In this document: positions 32,300-44,121 of the stretch, piece after piece
Position numbering within the stretch: position 1 is the stretch's first letter
Layout: every line of letters starts with the position of its first letter
Assembly: GCA_963847185.1 (NCBI GenBank)
Contig: CAWJYV010000008.1
Location: 352,001 to 416,000 of the forward strand
Source of the DNA: an uncultured Methanosarcinaceae archaeon
GTDB taxonomy: Archaea; Halobacteriota; Methanosarcinia; Methanosarcinales; Methanosarcinaceae
Reading direction: 5' to 3'
DNA length: 64,000 nucleotides
Made by a program: the position numbers and the translations under genes
The notes under the pieces: model-generated
Seen by the model: the letters and a program-made list of their open reading frames with translations, nothing else
Told to the model about the DNA's origin: nothing
The model's database searches: none

Positions 32300-33256
32300 T
32301 CATACTCTTGAAATCTCTGCACCATTATTCTCTGCTCTGGTCAGCATGACAGTTCCGCCTACCGACTCATCAAGCATTTTCTGGATTTCCGCCTGAAGTT
32401 GTCTGCCTTCTGCTTTATTGTCTACAAAAGAGTACACTACGGGTCCAAAAGAACTTACTCCGGCTCCGTAACTCCTACTGCGCATAAAGGATGCGATATC
32501 TTTCACAAAATTGGGCCAGATAAGGCTCTCTCTTTTGTTAAATCCTACTTTCTGGACATGATTTACAGCAGCCCCAAAGCTTTCGATATCTTGTTCTATT
32601 ATTGCAGGCATCATCTGCATGAGCACAACATGGGCAACTTCCCTGACTTCTTCTATCGGGAGGGGACAGAATTCCTTGAAAAGATTAATCTCTTCCTGGT
32701 CATGAACTCCCTTCTCATCAGGAACTGCTACAACTATATCCCATTCTGGAAAATCTTCTCTGAAGAGCACCGGTCCAGGTGGAACCTTGCTGGCGGCAGA
32801 GGGCATGAAAGCTCCCTTGTCTTTAAACCTGTGCCCCCCATCAACTATGAATCCACCCTTCTCGAAGGCAGTCACACCTATCCCGGAGGTCCCTCCTCTT
32901 TTTACTGCGAATGCAAGTTCTCTAACACTTTTTCCAAGTCCGTACAGTTCGTTAACTGCTGCTGCAGCAGCCAGAGACGACTGAGTTCCTGACCCGAAAC
33001 CTGTATGTGAAGGAATAAGTTCTTCAACATTGATCCTTACACCTTCTCCTTCAGGAAGTAAGGCCTCTACAGCTCTTTTCATCCGATCGGCAAATCCCTG
33101 CAGACCAGAGATTCTGGTTTCTTCAGCTTTTTCTGCCGTGATTTTCACATTTGGAGAAGTAAGAGTTAGCCCTGCTCCCCCGTCCACTCTTCCGATCTCG
33201 GCATTCATGTCAATAAGGGTTATATGAAGCCGGCAAGGAGTAATTATTTTTATCAT
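32300..33256 (-). CDS. mptG: Beta-ribofuranosylaminobenzene 5'-phosphate synthase
   Basis: TPCRLHITLID, HTGFGSGTQ, RGGTSGIG, SSFGP (GHMP fold). Confidence 0.92.
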   Translation of the reverse strand: MIKIITPCRLHITLIDMNAEIGRVDGGAGLTLTSPNVKITAEKAEETRISGLQGFADRMKRAVEALLPEGEGVRINVEELIPSHTGFGSGTQSSLAAAAAVNELYGLGKSVRELAFAVKRGGTSGIGVTAFEKGGFIVDGGHRFKDKGAFMPSAASKVPPGPVLFREDFPEWDIVVAVPDEKGVHDQEEINLFKEFCPLPIEEVREVAHVVLMQMMPAIIEQDIESFGAAVNHVQKVGFNKRESLIWPNFVKDIASFMRSRSYGAGVSSFGPVVYSFVDNKAEGRQLQAEIQKMLDESVGGTVMLTRAENNGAEISRV

Positions 33257-33685
33257 TTCTGTCAACCTCGGAGAAGGATTCAATTATTTTTGACTTTTTT
33301 ACTTATTCCATATTTTAATTTTGCTGCCGATACTTAATCTTGCAAAATATTTGCTTATTAAGCTTTAAATTTTATGAAAATATCGAAAGATGAAAACAGA
33401 ATCAAAATAATTTCAATGAAAATACAAAAAGAATATATTTCCAAAAAGGAGCATGATATTCCTTGAATACCATGCACAATACATGAAATTGCCTGCGGTT
33501 GGCAGAATTTTCATGATAAAACAGAACTAGTCTTAACCATTTAATTACTGGTCATTTATAAGTTAAGAATCAGTATACTGTAACATAGAAATACGAAAAT
33601 TATGTCAATAATTAAATTGTCATGAAACTAGTTAACTAAGTATTGAAGCTTCAAGTAATTTTTCTTCTTAATTTTTCCGTTTCAA

Positions 33686-35233
33686 TTACTCTTTTACAAT
33701 CAGTGATTCTCCTTTCATTTCTTCAGGTTTTTTTATGCCTAAAAGTTCCAGAAGAGTTGGTGAAAGATCGCACAGCTTTCCGTTTTTAAGAGCTTTCACC
33801 TCGCCATCTCCTACATAAATACATTTTACCGGATTTGAAGTATGTGCAGTATGTGGCTGACCTGTATTCGGGTCTTCCATTTGTTCGGCGTTTCCGTGGT
33901 CTGCAGTTATAAGTGCCACACCTCCTACTTTTGTCAAAGTTTCCACAATTCTGCCCACGCAGGTGTCAACAGCTTCTACTGCAGCAACTGCAGCCTCTAA
34001 AATGCCGGTATGCCCAACCATATCCATATTTGCAAAATTAAGAATTATTATGTCATATTTCCCGGATCCAATTCTTTTTATTACTTCATCCGTAACCTCA
34101 TAGGCGCTCATCTCAGGTTTCAGATCATAAGTTGCTATTTTTGGAGAGGGAATAAGGCAGCGATCTTCTCCTTCATAACATTTCTCTACTCCGCCGTTCA
34201 GGAAAAAGGTTACGTGAGCATATTTTTCTGTCTCGGCAATTCGGAGCTGGATAAGCCCATGCTTGCTCAGTATTTCTCCAAGTACATTTTCCAGTTTTTC
34301 TGGGGGGTAGGCAATGGGCAGATCCAGAGTTTCGTCGTACTGTGCCATACAAACATAGTGAACCTGTGGGTGTGCTTCTCTCTGAAAACCTTCAAAGTCT
34401 TTATTCATAAAAGCCCAGGTAAGCTGACGTGCTCTATCCGGTCTAAAGTTAAAAAATATCACGGAATCGTTGTCTTTTATGCTGGTTATCGGCTGTCCTT
34501 TGGAGTCAGTTACAATGGTTGGTTTTACAAATTCGTCAGTTTCTCCCCTGCTATACGCTTCAGAAACTGCGTCCACGGGATCCCCAACTGTAAATGGGGC
34601 AACTCCCAGAGTTAAGGCATCATAAGCAAGCTTTGTTCTCTCCCAGCGCTTATCTCTGTCCATAGCATAATAGCGCCCTGATACCGTCGCAATCTTAGAG
34701 TTACCTTCTTCCCTGCAGAAGGCTGCAAGTTCCCTGATATCTTCAAGGGCTGCTTTAGGTGGAACATCCCTACCATCAAGAAAAGCGTGTATGTACACTT
34801 TCTCCAGTCCCCTCTCTTGTGCAAGTTTGGTCAGGGCGTAAAGATGAGTCATATGGCTGTGAACGCCTCCATAAGAAACAAGCCCCATTAAATGCAAGCT
34901 TGAATTATGGGCTTTCGCGTTTGAAATGGCATCTAAAAAAGCAGGATTTTCGAAGAAGTCTCCGTTTCTTACGGAGAGATTGATCCTGGTAAGATCCTGA
35001 TACACTATTCTGCCGGCCCCGATATTAAGGTGCCCGACTTCTGAATTTCCCATCTGGCCTTCGGGAAGTCCTACAGCCTCGCCGGAAGCCTCCAAAAAAC
35101 AGGAAGGGTATTCTTTCTGCAGTCGGCTGAGATTTGGGGTTCTGGCCGCCAGGATAGCATTTCCTTCTTTTGCCTCTCTGTAGCCCCAGCCATCAAGGAT
35201 CATGAGCATAAGAGGTTTTCTTGCCTGAGTCAT
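33686..35233 (-). CDS. gpmI: 2,3-BPG-independent phosphoglycerate mutase
   Basis: [38 protein letters not shown]. Confidence 0.96.
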   Translation of the reverse strand: MTQARKPLMLMILDGWGYREAKEGNAILAARTPNLSRLQKEYPSCFLEASGEAVGLPEGQMGNSEVGHLNIGAGRIVYQDLTRINLSVRNGDFFENPAFLDAISNAKAHNSSLHLMGLVSYGGVHSHMTHLYALTKLAQERGLEKVYIHAFLDGRDVPPKAALEDIRELAAFCREEGNSKIATVSGRYYAMDRDKRWERTKLAYDALTLGVAPFTVGDPVDAVSEAYSRGETDEFVKPTIVTDSKGQPITSIKDNDSVIFFNFRPDRARQLTWAFMNKDFEGFQREAHPQVHYVCMAQYDETLDLPIAYPPEKLENVLGEILSKHGLIQLRIAETEKYAHVTFFLNGGVEKCYEGEDRCLIPSPKIATYDLKPEMSAYEVTDEVIKRIGSGKYDIIILNFANMDMVGHTGILEAAVAAVEAVDTCVGRIVETLTKVGGVALITADHGNAEQMEDPNTGQPHTAHTSNPVKCIYVGDGEVKALKNGKLCDLSPTLLELLGIKKPEEMKGESLIVKE

Positions 35234-35462
35234 ATGAAGGAAATTCCTCACTTGCCAATAAATAGCTTGTTATGGAATTCAGAATTATTATTAATATATA
35301 TCTCAAAAATATATAAACAGTCCTCAAGTATAAGTATTAATAATTACATATTCCTGCAAAACGTAAAAAAGACGGCTCAAAAACGACTGAGAGTCTCAAA
35401 TATAATTCTTATTGGAAGTTCAGGCTAAATTTCCGGTTTAACTGGAAGGAGGATTGGATTTA

Positions 35463-36065
35463 ATGAGTCAAAGCATCAAAGATATTACAAACATTAGTAA
35501 TGTAAAAATAACAGATTTAACCGCGAACCCTGCCCCTCTGGGTTTGATGGGTTTCGGAATGACGACTGTGCTTTTGAATATACACAACGCAGGCTTCTAT
35601 CCGATGAACTCGATGATTCTTGCGATGGGTTTTTTCTATGGCGGATTAGCGCAGGTTATTGCCGGAATAATGGAATGGAAAAAAGGTAATACTTTTGGGA
35701 CTACCGCTTTTACCTCATATGGACTTTTCTGGCTGACCCTTGTAGGACTTGTCTTACTCCCTAAGTCTGAAGAATATGCAGGGTTTGCTACTGCATCATT
35801 TCCTTTTGCTGCTTACCTTTTCATGTGGGGACTTTTCACCCTTTATATGTTCATAGGTACACTAAAAGCAACAAGAGCTCTTCAAGTCGTTTTCCTGACC
35901 CTTACGATCCTATTCTTCCTGCTTGCAGCTGGAAACTATCTGGGCAGTGAGGAAATTCTTAAAATTGCTGGATATGAAGGGATTCTTACAGGGCTTTCAG
36001 CAATTTATGCTGCCATGGGTCAGGTATTGAACGAAATGTATGGAAAGAAAATGATCCCTCTCTAA
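35463..36065 (+). CDS. Acetate uptake transporter (GPR1/FUN34/SatP family)
   Basis: [11 protein letters not shown] signature; 6 TM. Confidence 0.93.
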   Translation: MSQSIKDITNISNVKITDLTANPAPLGLMGFGMTTVLLNIHNAGFYPMNSMILAMGFFYGGLAQVIAGIMEWKKGNTFGTTAFTSYGLFWLTLVGLVLLPKSEEYAGFATASFPFAAYLFMWGLFTLYMFIGTLKATRALQVVFLTLTILFFLLAAGNYLGSEEILKIAGYEGILTGLSAIYAAMGQVLNEMYGKKMIPL

Positions 36066-36094
36066 AGGATATTTCAGTCTTTATTATTCTTTTC

Positions 36095-36119
36095 TCGGGC
36101 CAGATGCCCGAAATTTTTA
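36095..36119 (+). terminator. Hairpin plus T-tract after acetate transporter
   Basis: TCGGGC-CAGAT-GCCCGA followed by AATTTTT. Confidence 0.55.
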
Positions 36120-36182
36120 TTATTTTTTTATGTCATCTATTCTATTTAATAGAGTAAACTCTTTTTCATTGGCCTTTTCTTA

Positions 36183-37042
36183 GGGTTCTAATTTATATGC
36201 TTGGTAGACAGTTTGTTGTTATGTAAAGTACGTTTATCAAAGTGACTTATCAAATGAACAATGGAAAATAATTAAGCCCCATCTCCCTACTACTCAAACT
36301 AATAGAGGTAAAAAGCGGATTCATCCTTATCGAGAGATCTTGAATGCCATCTTTTATTTGCTGCGTTCTGGTTGTGCATGGCGTATGTTACCCATGATTT
36401 TCCTCCATGGAAAACTGTCTACCATTATTTCCGTGTTTGGAGGAATGACGGAGTTTGGGAATGTATAAATGCTGCATTGAGAACTGATCTGAGAGTTGCA
36501 TGTGGCAGGAAATCAGAACCTAGTGCCGCTATTTTAGATAGCCAGTCAGTGAAAACAACAGAAACACCAGGAGTACGCGGCTATGATGCCGCCAAGAAAG
36601 TTAAAGGGAGAAAGCGTCACATTCTAGTGGATACAATAGGGCTATTGTTAATTGTTGTAGTTCATGCGGCTAATATTCAGGACAGAGATGGAGCTAAACT
36701 TGTTCTGGAGCAAGTTAAGGGTAAATTTTCTAGATTGGAGCTTATTTGGGCTGATGCTGGATATTCAGGTAAACTGATTGATTGGGTTAATTCAGTTTGT
36801 GGTTGGATATTGCAAATAGTAAAGCGCAGTGATGATATCAAGGGTTTTCAAGTTCTTCCAAGAAGATGGGTAGTAGAGCGTACATTTGGATGGTTGGGAA
36901 GATATCGACGTTTGAGTAAAGATTACGAAGGATTGACAGAATCAAGTCAAGCATTCATTTATGCTGCTATGATTATATTATGGTGAAAAGACTGGCTCAG
37001 ATAAAATCATAAAAATGAGAAAATGTAATTTTAAGACAGCTC
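36183..37042 (+). mobile_element. IS5-family (IS1031-like) element, decayed; transposase frameshifted
   Basis: YQSDLSNEQW..NAIFYLLRSGCAWRMLP/HDFPPW, DSQSVK, DAGY, RWVVERTFGW; right IR TTTTAAGACAGCTC, TTA on both flanks; frameshifts near 36392 and 36973. Confidence 0.88.
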
Positions 37043-37998
37043 TTAGTTTGGATTTCTTATTTATTCTCAACATTCTTTTAATGCAGGTGAAGGATTTCAG
37101 TTTTTTCCAGCTTCATTAAGTATCGCTAATTATTATTTTTTTTGTATTGTCTCTTTTGATCAATTGTTTTTTATTTTCCCTGGAATATACCTCTGGAAAA
37201 TAGGTACGGGGTTGAGAAAACAGTTTTCGTGTGTCTCTTAATCTGCAGTCCAGTGTTCTCGACATTGGATCAAAACCACTTTAAAATCTCGATAAGGCTG
37301 TTGAGCACTCTAAGCCTCAGTATTCTGCTTTTTCCCCTGAAAAGGAGGAGATTCTAAGGTCCTATCTCAAGTACATGCTTGAGGAAAAATGGAGTGATTA
37401 TAGAAAATGGTTGGAGTAGAAGAGTGAAGTTGTGGTGGAACGTTTCTGCCTTTTGAGAGAATATGGCTTACATACAGTTCTTTTTCTCTGAATAGTTTAT
37501 CCTACAATTGCCTGTGTAGTATTATCTGTTTCTCGCAGTCTTTATATCTTCTTTTCTGATCATGGAAATATCTGGATAAGATTTCTTATTCGTTGACATG
37601 ACGGTTATAGACAAAAATCTATAGTTATCTTTATATATTAAATTCCTGTGCATATTGTTTTTATCTCTTTTTCTGGTGTCCAATTTAGATATACAATTAA
37701 TATCTCAGATCTTTCCTGAGATATTTCTATAACTTTTGGCAAAATTTATTCTGTATCTGTGTAAATTATTCAAGTACTACTTTTTCTCTAATTTACCCTT
37801 ATTTTTTCTACATTTATGGCTACTGATTCTTTTTCCTTGTGAATATCTAAAAATTCGTTATTTTCATAATATAACAGTAGTTCATTCTGCTAATCACTTG
37901 TCCAATCTTCTTTTCTTAGTTTATTCTTTATATCTTATACCACTCTTTGAAGATTCTATTAAATTAATAATATTAGGAAGTCAAATAGTTTTAGCTTC

Positions 37999-38922
37999 AT
38001 GAGCTCCAGTGTATTTTTCGGAAGTATAGGTCAATTTTTCAGGCACAGACGAACGAACACCTACGAATACCGGGAAAAAAACGCTACTCTTGAACTATTA
38101 AAAAGTTCTGTTTTGGTTGCATTTTCAGGTGCACTCAGGATTCATCTAGCTTTTCTATTACTTCAAGTCCAGTCCGATTTGTTTACCTGCATTGCGGGTG
38201 GGCTTGTTATCTATACTGTATACACACTTGACAGAGCTCTTGGCTCTGAAGAAGATTCTGTAAATCGTAAAGAACTAAATGGTTCAAAAAAAGAAATTGG
38301 TCTTGCTGTCTCTCTGATAGCTTTTCTCATTGGGGGTTTTATACTGGCAAAAGAGGGAATGCTTGTACTTGCATTCATACCATTTATAACAGGTTATCTC
38401 TACAGCAAAGGCCTTAAAATTGGGAAATTTTCTTTAAAACTCAAAGGTGGACTTGGAGTTAAAAATTTTATTGTGGGTCTTACATGGGGGATCTTCATTG
38501 CAGGGCTTGCAGGTTGTAAATGTGGGAACCTTATTCCTGTTATTATGGTTTTTACTTTCTTTGGAGTTAAACTCTTTGTCAATTCTGCTATTTATGATTT
38601 CAAAGACATCAAAGGAGACACTCTTGCAGGTATCAAAACTCTTCCAGTAAGTCTTGGAGCAAGGAATACTCGTAATCTTCTTGCTGGAATGCACCTTTTC
38701 TCTCACATGATTCTCGGAATTGCTTCAATTTATGGAATTATTGCTTTCGAGCCTCTTGTTATTTTCTACAGCTTCATATGCGGTCTGATCTGCATTCAGG
38801 GTCATACAAAATCTGATGATGAAGATCTTCCCTCCCGGAATTTAGAAAGGACTTTTCTTGTGGACGGAGAGTCAACTTCAATTCTTGGACTCCGAATGAT
38901 TGCAGGCTCTTTACTTGCATGA
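37999..38922 (+). CDS. UbiA-family prenyltransferase-like membrane protein
   Basis: YTLDR..EDSVNR and DFKDIKGD..GIKTLPV Asp-rich motifs. Confidence 0.88.
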   Translation: MSSSVFFGSIGQFFRHRRTNTYEYREKNATLELLKSSVLVAFSGALRIHLAFLLLQVQSDLFTCIAGGLVIYTVYTLDRALGSEEDSVNRKELNGSKKEIGLAVSLIAFLIGGFILAKEGMLVLAFIPFITGYLYSKGLKIGKFSLKLKGGLGVKNFIVGLTWGIFIAGLAGCKCGNLIPVIMVFTFFGVKLFVNSAIYDFKDIKGDTLAGIKTLPVSLGARNTRNLLAGMHLFSHMILGIASIYGIIAFEPLVIFYSFICGLICIQGHTKSDDEDLPSRNLERTFLVDGESTSILGLRMIAGSLLA

Positions 38923-39076
38923 AAGATATCTTTTCAGTTTAAATAAAAAATAGTATAGTCTGATAGATATCGGAAAACTATCAAATTCATCTTAACTTTA
39001 TAGGACTGAAGATACAGAACCCTCAATCCGTACTTTCCTATTTCATCTTCAATTTTTTCTTTAATCTCAGTATAAT

Positions 39077-39871
39077 TTACAAATTTTTTATCTCAATCGA
39101 GTTTTCTTTATAATGCTTAAAAAGATCTTCTCCCCACTTGACTGATAATGAATCAAAACCTATTAGATCATTTCTGGGGTCAAAGGTTCCATTTTTGAAA
39201 AAGAGCGAAAGGGATATGAAGCGGTCTGTTACCACAAAGGCTATTTTAGCATTGTCATACACATGAAAACTTGTATTCTTTAATTTAAGGAATTCTTCGA
39301 TTTCAGCGTTATGCTCACTTTTTATTTTAAAGAAAACATTTGGAGTAACGATAATGGAAACAGGAATATTCTTACGGGCCATTTCCAGGAACATGGTGGG
39401 GTGGCTTGGAAGGAAAATAGATGTAAATCCCATGAAGCGGTTAGAGGTTTGTACGTTGTCTATAAATGTCTTATGGGAATCATAAATATGTTCATGTTCA
39501 TCTCGTACAATCCTGCACTCTTTAAGTTCCTGAATCCTGGTCAATAAAGTCTCAGGAATTGCAACAAGATCATGGTCTCTCCAGAAATCTTCGTTTGCTT
39601 CTATGGCTGTGAGGGTATCCAGGAAGGGCTTGTAATATATGGCTGAAACTCTCCCAAGAGGGGTTAGATGATACATTCCATCCTGCCTGACAATCATATT
39701 TGCAGTTTCCATTTCTTTCAGGCGAGGCAGGATCTCAGGTGATCTTACATCGAAATAATCTTTGATGTCTGAAAGAGTTTTGGGACCCTCTTGAAGCTGG
39801 AATAAAATATCTTTTCGTTTTTCAGAAAAGGTGAGAATACTTAAAAGTCCTGTGGATTTCACTTTTATCAA
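39077..39871 (-). CDS. Winged-HTH transcriptional regulator (DUF1724-type)
   Basis: SEKRKDIL..GPKT..YHLTPLG wHTH; FWRDHDL..IP; WGEDLF C-terminal motif. Confidence 0.88.
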   Translation of the reverse strand: MIKVKSTGLLSILTFSEKRKDILFQLQEGPKTLSDIKDYFDVRSPEILPRLKEMETANMIVRQDGMYHLTPLGRVSAIYYKPFLDTLTAIEANEDFWRDHDLVAIPETLLTRIQELKECRIVRDEHEHIYDSHKTFIDNVQTSNRFMGFTSIFLPSHPTMFLEMARKNIPVSIIVTPNVFFKIKSEHNAEIEEFLKLKNTSFHVYDNAKIAFVVTDRFISLSLFFKNGTFDPRNDLIGFDSLSVKWGEDLFKHYKENSIEIKNL

Positions 39872-40633
39872 CCTGTTATTTTTTATGATTGTTCTGGAGA
39901 CAATTAAAATTTTCTAACTTCATTTTTAAGTTCATAAGTAGTTTCTCCGTTTCTGATTCACAGTAAATGAGATTTAATTTTTTGATTCTTCTCATTTTTT
40001 ATATTGAATGAAGGTGAAGCTCATATCTGAGTGATATAATATTGCTAGAATGGTATACGAATTCAAGATATATTATCTTTTTTAAGAGTAAACAATTTTA
40101 TTAATACTTCTTTCCATCATTCAAGTTTCTATGTATCTGTCTTCCGAAAAGTTGGAATGAGTGTCCAAATAAAGTTTCCTTGAATTTAAAAAAAGCCTGT
40201 ATGTTAATGGTATCTGATTATTTTACTGATATATAGCTTTGAGCCGGATATTTAGATAATAGAAAGAAAATCATAAACAAAAAATTGACATTTAGGATTT
40301 GTATTTTAGCAAATAATTATCAAATGTAAAAATACATAGACGAAAAATCCGTCTGATGTGGGTGCTAAATATATTGGAGTAAGTTGTTAGTAAATTGGTA
40401 CATTCTTTCTAAACATACTTAAACTCTATACGTTGAACTCCGTTTTATGCTCAGTTACAAAACATTTGAATAAATATGTAAAAATAGAGCGAGCTCTATG
40501 TAATTCTTTTTAAAAAAAGATTTTGTAAATTAATTTGCCCTGCCGTGAGATGGCAGGATTATTAGAATTTAAGTTTTGTTTATTCTTCATGCGCGTCTAT
40601 TCTTCATTACTTATTTATTTCTTGTTTATTCTC

Positions 40634-42250
40634 TCAATGGAGAAAATGACGCATACCTGTAAAAATCATGGCAACGGCAAGCCGGTTTGCAGTAGCAATA
40701 ACCTCACTGTCTCGGATTGATCCTCCTGGAGAAACTACATAGCGGATGTTGTTCTCTGCAGCGTAGACAATACTATCATCAAAGGGGAAGAAAGCATCCG
40801 AGGCCATTACACATTCCGACATGACCTTCTGACAGTATTCTTCGAAGGGGATGTCAGGCTGTTCTCTTGCATAGATGATCCTGAGATTTTCGACAGCTTT
40901 TGTAGCCGCAAGTTTGCGAATCGAGTCCACTCTGTTTGGCTGTCCTGCCCCCATAGCGAGCACCATGAAGAATCCTGGTTCGTACTCATGAGCAAGAATC
41001 ACTGCGTTGGATTTAGTTGCTTTACAGGCTTTTATACAGAATTCCGAAAGAGAGCGCTTCTCTTCAGGATAGGGAATATCTGTAACTGATTCCCACTTTT
41101 CATACACTCCTGTATCACGGCTTTGCTTGAGCATGCCTCCGATTACGTATTTATATGTGTACTCTGTCCCGAAAATTTCTCTGAGCTCAGGGAGTTTCAG
41201 AAGTCTCAGATTCTCACTTTTGTTTTTCAGGTATTCAAGGGCATCGTGCTTGAAGTCAGGAGCAAGAATAATTTCTACAAATTTTCCGTTCAGAAAAGTT
41301 GCCGCTTCAAGATCAAAGATTTCATTCGTGCAAATTATGCTTCCGTAAGCCGAAATAGGGTCCCCATCCCAGGCAGCTTGGAGAGCCTGCAAAAGTGTAT
41401 TTCCAGTAGCAAGTCCGCATGGGTTATTATGTTTTACAATTGCCACTGCAGGGGATGAGTTTCCAAGTTCTTTGACCGTCTGGAGGGCATTATCAGCGTC
41501 TATATAATTATTATATGAAAGTTCCTTCCCATGAAGCTGGATTGCTTTTGCCAGGCTAGGTCCTTTGATTTTGGGATCTTTATAGAAATTGGCTTCCTGG
41601 TGCCAGTTTTCTCCATAGCGAAGTTTCACTCCGTCAGTAAATTTCATATGGAGTATTTCTTCCCCTAGAAGAGTCCTGCTCAGGTAGGTATCGATAGCTG
41701 CGTCATAATCAGATGTGTGCCTGAAAGCCTTGACTGCAAGGGCAGCCCGAGTTGATTCAGCAATTGTCCCACTTGAACGCAGTTCTTTCAGAACATGCCC
41801 GTAATCCGCCGGGTCAGAGAGCACTACCACCGAACGGTAGTTTTTGGCTGCCGAACGGAGGAGAGTTGGGCCTCCTATATCTATATTCTCGATAGCTTCT
41901 TCGAGTTCCACGCCTTTTTTCGAAACCGTTATCTCAAAGGGATAAAGGTTCACAGCCACCAGATCAATGAGGGAAATATCTTCTTTTGCAGCTTCTTCCA
42001 TCTGTTCTTTACTGTCCCGCAGGCATAAGAGCCCACCATGAATTCTTGGATGGAGAGTTTTGACCCTTCCTCCCATCATCTCAGGAAAGCCTGTAACTTC
42101 CGAAACATCGGTAACTTCAATACCGGCATCACGAAGAATTTTCGCTGTCCCGCCTGTCGAGATTATCTTCACGCCAAGTGATTCAAGCCCGCGTGCGAAT
42201 TCTGCAATTCCTGTCTTATCTGAGACGCTGAGCAATGCCCTTTTTACCAA
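40634..42250 (-). CDS. purH: Bifunctional AICAR transformylase/IMP cyclohydrolase
   Basis: ALLSVSDK, GRVKTLHP, IDIGGPT, KHNNPCG, SDAFFPF, RHFLH. Confidence 0.97.
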   Translation of the reverse strand: MVKRALLSVSDKTGIAEFARGLESLGVKIISTGGTAKILRDAGIEVTDVSEVTGFPEMMGGRVKTLHPRIHGGLLCLRDSKEQMEEAAKEDISLIDLVAVNLYPFEITVSKKGVELEEAIENIDIGGPTLLRSAAKNYRSVVVLSDPADYGHVLKELRSSGTIAESTRAALAVKAFRHTSDYDAAIDTYLSRTLLGEEILHMKFTDGVKLRYGENWHQEANFYKDPKIKGPSLAKAIQLHGKELSYNNYIDADNALQTVKELGNSSPAVAIVKHNNPCGLATGNTLLQALQAAWDGDPISAYGSIICTNEIFDLEAATFLNGKFVEIILAPDFKHDALEYLKNKSENLRLLKLPELREIFGTEYTYKYVIGGMLKQSRDTGVYEKWESVTDIPYPEEKRSLSEFCIKACKATKSNAVILAHEYEPGFFMVLAMGAGQPNRVDSIRKLAATKAVENLRIIYAREQPDIPFEEYCQKVMSECVMASDAFFPFDDSIVYAAENNIRYVVSPGGSIRDSEVIATANRLAVAMIFTGMRHFLH

Positions 42251-42634
42251 AAAATCACCAATATACTTGGTTTAAAAATTATTAGCTATAAAACTTATGG
42301 TTTACATACTATTATTTTAGAAAGAAATATCTTTTTCTGGAAAATAGGATTTTGATACTTTCTAGCTAATATCTGTTAACTTTTGATCTTAACATCTGAT
42401 CTCTTCATATCCCAACATTTGATCTCCTTTAATATCTACTTTCAATTTTGTAAGGGTTTAATTCTTCAGGTCTTTGATTTTAATCTCATTTTCTATTTTT
42501 ATATCAGGAAATTCTCTCAGGAATAAAGTTTGGGCGAGTTACTTATCCTTTCTAGATAGATTAAGTAAAAGTGTACGTGAGTAGCCTTTTACAATCTTTT
42601 TTCAAGAGGTAGCGTATCAAAAGGGAGGAAAGTT

Positions 42635-43987
42635 ATGGAGAGGGACTATAATGTCATAATTGTCGGAACCGGTACCGCAGGCAGGACTCTTGCTGGCAAA
42701 ATCTCGCATTCAGGATTAAAAATTGCTATTGTTGACTCAAGGGAATATGGGGGTACCTGCCCTCTGAGAGGTTGCGATCCGAAAAAGGTGCTTACAGGTA
42801 CCGCCGAGATCACGGACTGGAATAATCGGTTGATAGGGAAAGGCGTGGGGGCACAAAATCCTTTAATTATTGACTGGCCCCCGCTTATCAAATTCAAGAG
42901 AACGTTTACGGAAGAATATTCCCGAAAAACTGAGAAGTATTTCATTGAAATAGGAATTGATACATATCACGGAAGAGCTTATTTTGAGAATCAAAACACA
43001 GTTGTTGTTGGGGAAGACAAAATTAAAGGGGAATATATTTTCCTTGCTACGGGTTCAAAGCCGAGAAAACTCAATGTTCCAGGAGAAGAGTATGTAGCTA
43101 CAAGTGAGAAGTTCATGGAAACCGAAAAACTTCCCGAAAGAATTGTTTTCATAGGAGGTGGTTATATCTCCTTTGAGTTCGCTCATGTAGCAAGAAGAGC
43201 CGGATCAGAGGTTACAATTTTGCACAGAAGTGAAAAACCCCTGGAACCCTTTGATTCTGATCTTGTGGATTTACTTTTAAAAGCGTCCGAATCCGCAGGA
43301 ATCAAAATCCTTACAAATAAACCAGTGGTTGCAGTAGAAAAAGAAGGCAAAGGCTTTCTGGTGAGGACTGAATTTAAATCCGGGAACAGAACCGAAGCTC
43401 AGAGTTTCCGTGCAGATATGGTGGTGCATGGAGCAGGCCGCGTTCCGGATATAGAAGATCTGCATCTTGAAAGGGCTGGGGTTGATACTGAAAAGGGTGG
43501 TATTGTAATTAATACGCGTATGCAGACTTCAAACCCTCGCATTTATGCAGGCGGGGACTGCACGGCAGAGGGTGTGCAGCTAACTCCCGTGGCAACCCTC
43601 CAGGGACAGGTTGCCGCATCTAACATTCTTAATGAAGATAGTGCTGAGGTGGACTATACAGGTATTCCGAGTGCAGTTTTTACCATTCCTGTCCTTGCTT
43701 CTGTTGGGGTAAGTGCTCCAAAAGATAGCAGTAAGTATAAAGTAATTTTCCGGGATCGAAGTGGCTGGAATACTACCTTGAGGGCAGGAATCGAGTTTGC
43801 AGCTTCAAAGGTAGTTATTGATGAAGCAAACGACAGGATACTAGGCGCTCATATCTTAGGTCCGAATGCAGAAGAAGCTATCAATATCTTCGCCACGGTA
43901 ATGCGATTGGGACTTAAGGCATCTGATATAAAAAAGTTGATATTTTCCTACCCTACCGTATGTTCGGATATTCCATATATGTTGTAA
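42635..43987 (+). CDS. Class I pyridine nucleotide-disulfide oxidoreductase (glutathione reductase-like)
   Basis: GxGxxG, GGTCPLRGCDPKK redox disulfide, GGGYI. Confidence 0.9.
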   Translation: MERDYNVIIVGTGTAGRTLAGKISHSGLKIAIVDSREYGGTCPLRGCDPKKVLTGTAEITDWNNRLIGKGVGAQNPLIIDWPPLIKFKRTFTEEYSRKTEKYFIEIGIDTYHGRAYFENQNTVVVGEDKIKGEYIFLATGSKPRKLNVPGEEYVATSEKFMETEKLPERIVFIGGGYISFEFAHVARRAGSEVTILHRSEKPLEPFDSDLVDLLLKASESAGIKILTNKPVVAVEKEGKGFLVRTEFKSGNRTEAQSFRADMVVHGAGRVPDIEDLHLERAGVDTEKGGIVINTRMQTSNPRIYAGGDCTAEGVQLTPVATLQGQVAASNILNEDSAEVDYTGIPSAVFTIPVLASVGVSAPKDSSKYKVIFRDRSGWNTTLRAGIEFAASKVVIDEANDRILGAHILGPNAEEAINIFATVMRLGLKASDIKKLIFSYPTVCSDIPYML

Positions 43988-44121
43988 ATCTTCCCGCAGT
44001 GCTCAAATGAGGTCCCTTTATTCCTTAATAATCCTGTTCCAGAAAATGTAAATAGAAATTCGTGTAAAAATTACATTTCTCGTCAAAAACTGAGAATAAA
44101 CCCGAATGCTTGGAGTTACTT

